The translations under genes and the position numbers were made by a program. The notes below the pieces were generated by a model that saw nothing but the letters and a program-made list of their open reading frames with translations, did no database searches and had not been told where the DNA came from. From NCBI GenBank assembly GCA_020725175.1, contig DYFM01000006.1:2190-66189 (forward strand): a stretch of 64,000 nt of DNA, given 5' to 3'. The DNA is from Candidatus Paceibacter sp. Its GTDB lineage: Bacteria; Patescibacteriota; Patescibacteriia; Magasanikbacterales; UBA922. Within the stretch, counting starts at the first letter, position 1; the number at the start of each line of letters is the position of its first letter. Below, in pieces: positions 58,667 through 64,000 of the stretch.

Positions 58667-59917
58667 TTAAGAATAAAAACTTGTTTCACCACGTTGTAAA
58701 CCAGCCACTATTTCATCATCAATTGCTTTTACCAATGACTTTGTTAGTATAGCATCTGTCGATTCAACATCTTTAAAATGCATTGACAAAAATAGTTTTC
58801 TTACAACTTCTAGTCTTTGAAAAGACTTACCACTAATTCCAAAAATATTATTCTTGAATAAATCTAACCAATTAGGTGACACTTTAGAACGATGCGTAAG
58901 CATCTCTTCCAAAAATTGCATCTTTTCATTTCCACCACATCTTTTTATATCCACACTAAACAGCTGTTTCCTAATCCCATCATGCTCATCAGTGTGATCA
59001 CTACTCGGTCTACTAGAAAAAATAAGGAAGCCAAATTCACCAAAAGCTTCCACTACACCAGAAATAACCTCTCCAAGCCTAACTTCACTACCACTATCAT
59101 AGGCTCTTTTCGCATCACCAAAAGTCAATGTGCTAGTTGTAGAAAAAAGAATACTTACAAGAGAAGTCAATTCTTGATACGACAATCCAACATTTGTACA
59201 CGGTTCATCAAGAATTCGCAATAATTTATCATTTTCAGAACTAAATTTTCTTTGCGTATGCCGGTATTCATGGACTAGCATCTCAGCCGCGCCGATAGAT
59301 TTTTTTTCTTGAGATATTATCAAATCAGCATCATCTTTGGACAAATAAATTGTTGCGTGAGTATTCCCCCTAACCATAAATTGACTTGGTGCATTTGTTA
59401 ACCGATACCATTCCGAATCCTCCCAACCTCTTTCTCCGCTAGCTGATAGATCCAGTACACGAACAGAAAATGGCTTACGACTATCATTGTCAATACCCAT
59501 CATTTCGTCATATTTTTTACGCAAGTGAAAACGGTCCGAAAACATAAATTCTTCAAGTTTTCGACCCCTCTCAATATCATTATATTGACTTAACTTGCGT
59601 TCAAATTCCTCATGCTCTTCTCTTTGTGATGATAATACTTCTAAATATCTCTTCGCAAAATCAACCTGCCCTTGACTCGTTCCAAGGATCTCACCTGAGA
59701 CAATCTTCAGTGCAACATCAAATAATCGGCGATCAACCTCAGAACTAAAACCACCCTCAGGAATAAATTTTTGTTTCACTTCATTTGTATCTAAAAAAAA
59801 ATCCTTCTCAGCACGAGCACTCAGCCCTATCGGACAATTCACATCGTGACCATGTGGAACAGTTTTAGCGCAAGCATAACATATATCATGATCACCTACT
59901 CCAATTCTTTCTCTCAT
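58667..59917 (-). CDS. Hypothetical protein with an N-terminal Cys/His cluster and an HExxH motif (putative zinc metallopeptidase-like)
   Basis: CYAC..H.H..C cluster near the N-terminus; LVHEYRHTQ mid-protein. Confidence 0.45.
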   Translation of the reverse strand: MRERIGVGDHDICYACAKTVPHGHDVNCPIGLSARAEKDFFLDTNEVKQKFIPEGGFSSEVDRRLFDVALKIVSGEILGTSQGQVDFAKRYLEVLSSQREEHEEFERKLSQYNDIERGRKLEEFMFSDRFHLRKKYDEMMGIDNDSRKPFSVRVLDLSASGERGWEDSEWYRLTNAPSQFMVRGNTHATIYLSKDDADLIISQEKKSIGAAEMLVHEYRHTQRKFSSENDKLLRILDEPCTNVGLSYQELTSLVSILFSTTSTLTFGDAKRAYDSGSEVRLGEVISGVVEAFGEFGFLIFSSRPSSDHTDEHDGIRKQLFSVDIKRCGGNEKMQFLEEMLTHRSKVSPNWLDLFKNNIFGISGKSFQRLEVVRKLFLSMHFKDVESTDAILTKSLVKAIDDEIVAGLQRGETSFYS

Positions 59918-59924
59918 ATTATTT

Positions 59925-60584
59925 CTAATTAACCCATTCCACAGGTAACTGTATTAGTAAACTCATAATATCCTTTTTTGTCACCAAACCAAACCCCATC
60001 TCCGTCGACACCAACTCAATCCGCCCTTTTTTCAACACTGTATCGGCTCCATACTTTACATCACCGACAATTGGGTGTCCAATATATGCAAACTGCGAAC
60101 GAATCTGGTGTGAGCGACCGGTCTTGAGGATGATTTTGACAATAGATTGATTCTGCTTTATTTCTACCACTTCATAATCCAATTCAGCTCGTTGTGATTC
60201 CGGAACAGCTCGTTCGTATACTTTAACCATGTTTCTCTCTCGGTCTTTTTTTAAATAATGCAGCAATGTTCCTCTGTTCTCTTTTAGCGTCCCTTCTACT
60301 AGCGCATGATATATTTTCGTTATCTTATGACTACGAAATTGCTCCGACAGTCTCGATGCGCCTTTACTCGTTTTGGCAAAAAGAATAATTCCGGCAACCG
60401 GACGATCAAGACGATGTAATAATCCCAAAAAAACATTTCCTGGTTTATGGTATTTTTGTTTTAGATAATATTTTACCTCATCCATGAGTGTTGCGTCACC
60501 TGTTTTATCCCCCTGCACCAGAACACCGGCCGGCTTATAGACGGCGATGAGGTGGTTGTCTTCGTAGAGAATATTTACAGCCAT
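59925..60584 (-). CDS. RluA-family pseudouridine synthase
   Basis: LLHRLDRPVAGIILFAKT catalytic motif; start set at MAVNILYED. The upstream extension is a translation of the ACGGAT palindrome. Confidence 0.8.
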   Translation of the reverse strand: MAVNILYEDNHLIAVYKPAGVLVQGDKTGDATLMDEVKYYLKQKYHKPGNVFLGLLHRLDRPVAGIILFAKTSKGASRLSEQFRSHKITKIYHALVEGTLKENRGTLLHYLKKDRERNMVKVYERAVPESQRAELDYEVVEIKQNQSIVKIILKTGRSHQIRSQFAYIGHPIVGDVKYGADTVLKKGRIELVSTEMGFGLVTKKDIMSLLIQLPVEWVN

Positions 60585-60601
60585 ACTATATACAAGCGTA
60601 A

Positions 60602-60682
60602 TAGGAACGCGGATTGAACGGATTGAACGGATCACGACGGATCCGTTCGTATTCGTTGAATCCGTTTCATCTGTGTTCCTAT
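60602..60682. repeat. ACGGAT-heptad palindrome: TAGGAACGCGGATTGAACGGATTGAACGGATCACGAC | GGATCCGTTCGTATTCGTTGAATCCGTTTCATCTGTGTTCCTA
   Basis: Imperfect inverted repeat of about 38 nt built from (TGA)ACGGAT units. Confidence 0.6.
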
Positions 60683-60689
60683 CAACACA

Positions 60690-61574
60690 TTATTTACTCC
60701 ACCTCGCAAAAATTCCACACGGCAACAACCGTTCACTCCCCGCCTCTGCAATCGTCAATTCGCCAATTTCTACACCACCACCAAATTTCTCAACCAAATC
60801 ATCCAAATTTTGTTTGTACGCAATCGGTGAATATCCACTGGCATATCCATTCAACAAGAAAAATAGCGGTTCATCAGATAATAATTCTTTACACAACTCA
60901 ACAAACCCTACAAAATCTTTCTCAATCTGCCACATTTCTTTTTTTGGCCCATGTCCAAAAGCCGGCGGATCCATAATAATCCCCTCATACTTATTACCCC
61001 GGCGGATTTCTCTTTTTACAAAAGCCACTGCATCATCTAGAATCCAGCGAATCGGTCTATCAGCTATTCCAGAGATCTCCGCATTCTCCCGAGCCCAACC
61101 AATCGCTACTTTCGATCCGTCCACATGCACCACTTCCGCTCCCGCCTGTGCCGCCGCCAGTGATGCCGCCCCAGTATATCCAAACAAATTTAACACCCGA
61201 GGACTTTGGACTTTAGACTTTTGACTTTTGACTTGCTCGCGTATCCACTCCCAATTCTCCACATGTTCCGGAAACAACCCGGTATGTTTAAAAGTAGTCG
61301 GTCGAATCCAAAATTTCAATCCAGCTAGTTCTATTTGCCAACGCTCCGGAATATCATGATGAATCACCCACTCAGTACTTTTTCCATCGCGGACAAATTC
61401 AGCATCAACGTTTTTCCATTCTTTGACAGACAATCTTTTTTTCCACAGTGCTTGAGGATCAGGACGTGATAAAACAACAGAACCATAACGTTCCATTTTT
61501 TCTCCGTCTCCACTGTCGAGGAGTTCGTAGTCTTGGGTTGGTTTGGTGATTAATATACTTGTATTCGTAGACAT
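60690..61574 (-). CDS. Class I SAM-dependent RNA methyltransferase (RlmI/RlmK-like, DPPAF motif)
   Basis: NLFGYTGAASLAAAQAG SAM-binding motif and DPPAFG catalytic motif. Confidence 0.7.
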   Translation of the reverse strand: MSTNTSILITKPTQDYELLDSGDGEKMERYGSVVLSRPDPQALWKKRLSVKEWKNVDAEFVRDGKSTEWVIHHDIPERWQIELAGLKFWIRPTTFKHTGLFPEHVENWEWIREQVKSQKSKVQSPRVLNLFGYTGAASLAAAQAGAEVVHVDGSKVAIGWARENAEISGIADRPIRWILDDAVAFVKREIRRGNKYEGIIMDPPAFGHGPKKEMWQIEKDFVGFVELCKELLSDEPLFFLLNGYASGYSPIAYKQNLDDLVEKFGGGVEIGELTIAEAGSERLLPCGIFARWSK

Positions 61575-61586
61575 AAGTTATAGGAA

Positions 61587-61675
61587 CACGCCTGCCCGCC
61601 TTGGGTGGGGATTAAACGGATTGAACAGATGTTAACGAATCAGTTCTAATTCGTTACATCCGTTTAATCCGCGGT
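61587..61675. repeat. Partial GC-rich repeat (copy E, CACGCCTGCCCGCCTTGGGTGGGGATTAAACGGATT) fused to a 13-bp perfect palindrome GGATTAAACGGAT ... ATCCGTTTAATCC
   Basis: Matches the 3' end of copy B (CACGCCTTG..GTCCGCCTTGGGTGGGGG..GGCGGATTAAAC); an inner inverted repeat GTTAACGAAT/AATTCGTTAC is also present. Confidence 0.5.
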
Positions 61676-61679
61676 CTAT

Positions 61680-62009
61680 TTATAAATCCATTCTAAAATT
61701 TATTCCATGATTTCGAAAGCCAAATTTTTCATATAATGCATGAACCTCAAGCTTTTCATGACGGCTTTGGGCTACCAACTTATAACAACCTTGTTTTTTC
61801 GCTTCTTCTATCACTCTTGCAATTAGCTGTTTACCAATTCCTTTTCCACGATGTTCTGGCTCAACAAATACATCTTCCATTAGACCATACGGTTCTTTAT
61901 GAAGATCATTTTTTATTATGTATAAATACACTCGAGCAATAATATCTGTGCCATGTTGTACAGTAATTTTGAAAAAAATAGTTTTCTTATTGTCAACGTG
62001 AAAATCCAT
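61680..62009 (-). CDS. GNAT-family N-acetyltransferase
   Basis: Acetyl-CoA-binding motif HRGKGIGKQLIARVIEEAKKQG; start set at MDFHV. Confidence 0.75.
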   Translation of the reverse strand: MDFHVDNKKTIFFKITVQHGTDIIARVYLYIIKNDLHKEPYGLMEDVFVEPEHRGKGIGKQLIARVIEEAKKQGCYKLVAQSRHEKLEVHALYEKFGFRNHGINFRMDL

Positions 62010-62016
62010 ACACAGA

Positions 62017-62952
62017 TCAATACCAATATTTCTGTTTATCCAAATTAATATCATACTTTTTTGCCAATTCTTTCATCTCTTGATCCGTTGAAGGTAAAAA
62101 AAGATCACGAATTATCTTTTTTTCTTCAGTTGGTAGCTCACTCATAACTTCTTGTAAAAATCTCGAATTTCCAGTAAGAAAGTACTTTAGGAAAATATGT
62201 AGTAAAAAATTACGTGGTTTATTAATTCTCTCTTCTATCTCTCCGATTATCTGCTCCACAATACGCACATGCATTTCATAAGGTACCTGAAATGAAATCT
62301 TTAGCGTCGGGTCTTTTCTTCTAACACAATCTCTTAAACGCTCTGCCAAAAATTCGGCAAAAGCTTCGTTTAACATTTCTCCTCTTCCTTTTTCTTCTGT
62401 ACTTTGTCTAAACCGAAACAGTCCCATCATCTCACTTTTAATTGTATGTTTTGGCTTTTCATCACTTTTAACATACGATAGCTTTTGTTGACTAATAAGA
62501 TGCGCAAATTCATGAGAAAGTTCCAAAAAATAATCCTCCTCTTTCCCTCTTTTCATGACAACGGAATGACCTCGATTTGTAAACGTAACTGCTTTCTGTA
62601 CATCTTTAGGATCAAACAAATGTATCCGATTGGCACTTATCTGTGGAATTTCATGATCATCAATTCCTAAACTTTTTCCTGTTTCATGCACAGCCTCATT
62701 AAGCAAAGTTATATACTTATTCTCATTCTCTGTTTTTTCCAATTCTTTTTCAAAGATGAAACCACCACCCTCTTTTCTTATAACAGGAAATCTTTTTTTA
62801 AATGCTACTTCCTCAAAAACCTGAGCCAAATCATTGATGGTACCATCATCAATATCAACTTCCGACCCCTCAGAAGTTAAACGAAATTCTCTGTTTGGTG
62901 CTCCTGAGGTCTCTGAGGGTACAAAAAGTTTTTTCACTGATCTTTCCTTCAT
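62017..62952 (-). CDS. Hypothetical protein with an HExxH motif (LSHEFAHLIS); possible ImmA/IrrE-like or other zincin-like metallopeptidase
   Basis: HEFAH motif in a mostly helical 311-aa protein; weak resemblance to the HExxH protein at 58667-59917. Confidence 0.45.
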   Translation of the reverse strand: MKERSVKKLFVPSETSGAPNREFRLTSEGSEVDIDDGTINDLAQVFEEVAFKKRFPVIRKEGGGFIFEKELEKTENENKYITLLNEAVHETGKSLGIDDHEIPQISANRIHLFDPKDVQKAVTFTNRGHSVVMKRGKEEDYFLELSHEFAHLISQQKLSYVKSDEKPKHTIKSEMMGLFRFRQSTEEKGRGEMLNEAFAEFLAERLRDCVRRKDPTLKISFQVPYEMHVRIVEQIIGEIEERINKPRNFLLHIFLKYFLTGNSRFLQEVMSELPTEEKKIIRDLFLPSTDQEMKELAKKYDINLDKQKYWY

Positions 62953-62958
62953 AATTTT

Positions 62959-63906
62959 CTACAATAATGTCGATATCACCTCCCCCAACACCACCGGATC
63001 AATCGAAGTCTCTTCACCTCGATTGGTAAACGTAACAACAGTACGATCCTTCAATTTATCAAGGTCCGCCACGACCTCTTTCCATCCTTTTTCCCGACAC
63101 TGTTTCAATTGTTTCTCCCCTAGCAGTGCCTCATCATAGAGTATCACATCTACCGGACGGGGTAAATATTGCTCCAATTCAAAAACAAATTCACTTAGTT
63201 TCTCAGGACCGGTTTCACCCTCGACATCAATCACTTTGTTAGCAACAAAAATCAATTTTGCCGCTGATTCTCGAATAGCGTCCTTTACCCCTTCCGGCAA
63301 GAGCGTTGCAATAATACTGGTATAAAAACTCCCCGGCCCAATAATAAGTGCATCTGCCTGAAGAATTTCTTCCCGAGCACGATCATACACCATTGGTGTT
63401 GGCTGAAGCCAGGCTCGACGAATTCGATGCTTCCGAGAATATACCGGTCGATCTATTTCATGCTCACCGATCACAATATCACCATTGGTCAACTCAACAC
63501 ACAGATCTGCCGATTCCGTAGTAACCGGAAATACCGGAGCAACCACATCTACTGCTTGCGCCAAAGCTCGAATAGCATCTACTATACCACCATTATACTT
63601 CTCTGCTAAACCAATAAATAAATGACCAATGCCAAATCCCTGTAGTTTCCCGTGTTCAGAGTACCGCGTATCATAAAATATTCGCTTCATGAGTTCATAA
63701 TCATACCGACTCATAGCTAAAACAGCTCGAAGAATATCTCCAGGGGGAAGTACACCTAGTTCTTTGCGAAGCTTACCTGAAGAACTACCAGAATCACTCA
63801 TGGCGATGATGGCGCTGATACTGAATTTGTCGAGATGATTCTTTAGCGCACGGATACTGATTGAACCGCCGTTGCCGCCACCTAAAATTGTAATACGTTG
63901 TTTCAT
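62959..63906 (-). CDS. yvcK: YvcK / CofD-like gluconeogenesis-factor family protein (UPF0052)
   Basis: ITILGGGNGGS N-terminal motif and overall collinearity with the YvcK/CofD family; start set at MKQRITIL. Confidence 0.75.
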   Translation of the reverse strand: MKQRITILGGGNGGSISIRALKNHLDKFSISAIIAMSDSGSSSGKLRKELGVLPPGDILRAVLAMSRYDYELMKRIFYDTRYSEHGKLQGFGIGHLFIGLAEKYNGGIVDAIRALAQAVDVVAPVFPVTTESADLCVELTNGDIVIGEHEIDRPVYSRKHRIRRAWLQPTPMVYDRAREEILQADALIIGPGSFYTSIIATLLPEGVKDAIRESAAKLIFVANKVIDVEGETGPEKLSEFVFELEQYLPRPVDVILYDEALLGEKQLKQCREKGWKEVVADLDKLKDRTVVTFTNRGEETSIDPVVLGEVISTLL

Positions 63907-64000
63907 AAATATCATTCTACCCACCTTTAGGTGGGGTAATTGAGGCTTTAGCCTCATACAAAACTGTCAATTTGGAAAACTCCGCAAATAACACTTCTTC

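Overview
This window is an AT-rich (about 40% GC) bacterial chromosome segment, densely packed with housekeeping genes, most of them on the minus strand. The gene content (four-helix-bundle protein, TfoX_C, giant SBBP-repeat surface proteins, small secreted proteins, apparent tRNA-Ile(UAU)) looks like a Candidate Phyla Radiation / Parcubacteria-type genome, but that is an inference.

Main confident calls:
- Translation and repair genes: argS, tyrS, valS, tsf, rpsB, rplS, gmk, uvrA, and two RluA-family pseudouridine synthases.
- A glycolytic block: gap, pgk, a SIMPL-domain protein, eno, and two tandem iPGM genes.
- A glycosyltransferase / sugar-phosphotransferase cluster.
- Two large SBBP beta-propeller surface proteins.
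- A SucC-like + SucD-like + short citrate-synthase-like (citryl-CoA-lyase-like) set.
- RNA genes: tRNA-Leu(GAG) sitting directly 5' of an RNase P RNA with supporting P1/P4 pairing, and a tRNA-Ile(UAU).

I found no CRISPR array, toxin or defence operon. The unusual content is mostly non-coding:
1. A GC-rich dispersed repeat family of about 150 nt with at least five full or partial copies. Short GC-rich palindromes of similar flavour appear to be inserted in-frame inside valS and the PHP-domain gene, which is reminiscent of Rickettsia palindromic elements (RPEs), the classic in-frame MITE-type repeats.
2. A roughly 330-nt element carrying a GIY-YIG gene, inserted after the tRNA-Ile with a 42-nt duplication of the tRNA 3' half.
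3. A strongly promoted, terminated, highly structured ncRNA of about 350 nt and unknown class (18.7-19.05 kb).
4. Pervasive intergenic architecture built from octamer (TTATTTCG) arrays, ACGGAT-heptad palindromes and TIR-bounded MITE-like units.
5. A poly-A (A8) frameshift splitting a Tat-signal transglutaminase-like gene.
6. An unannotated 40-codon Lys/Ala-rich gene.
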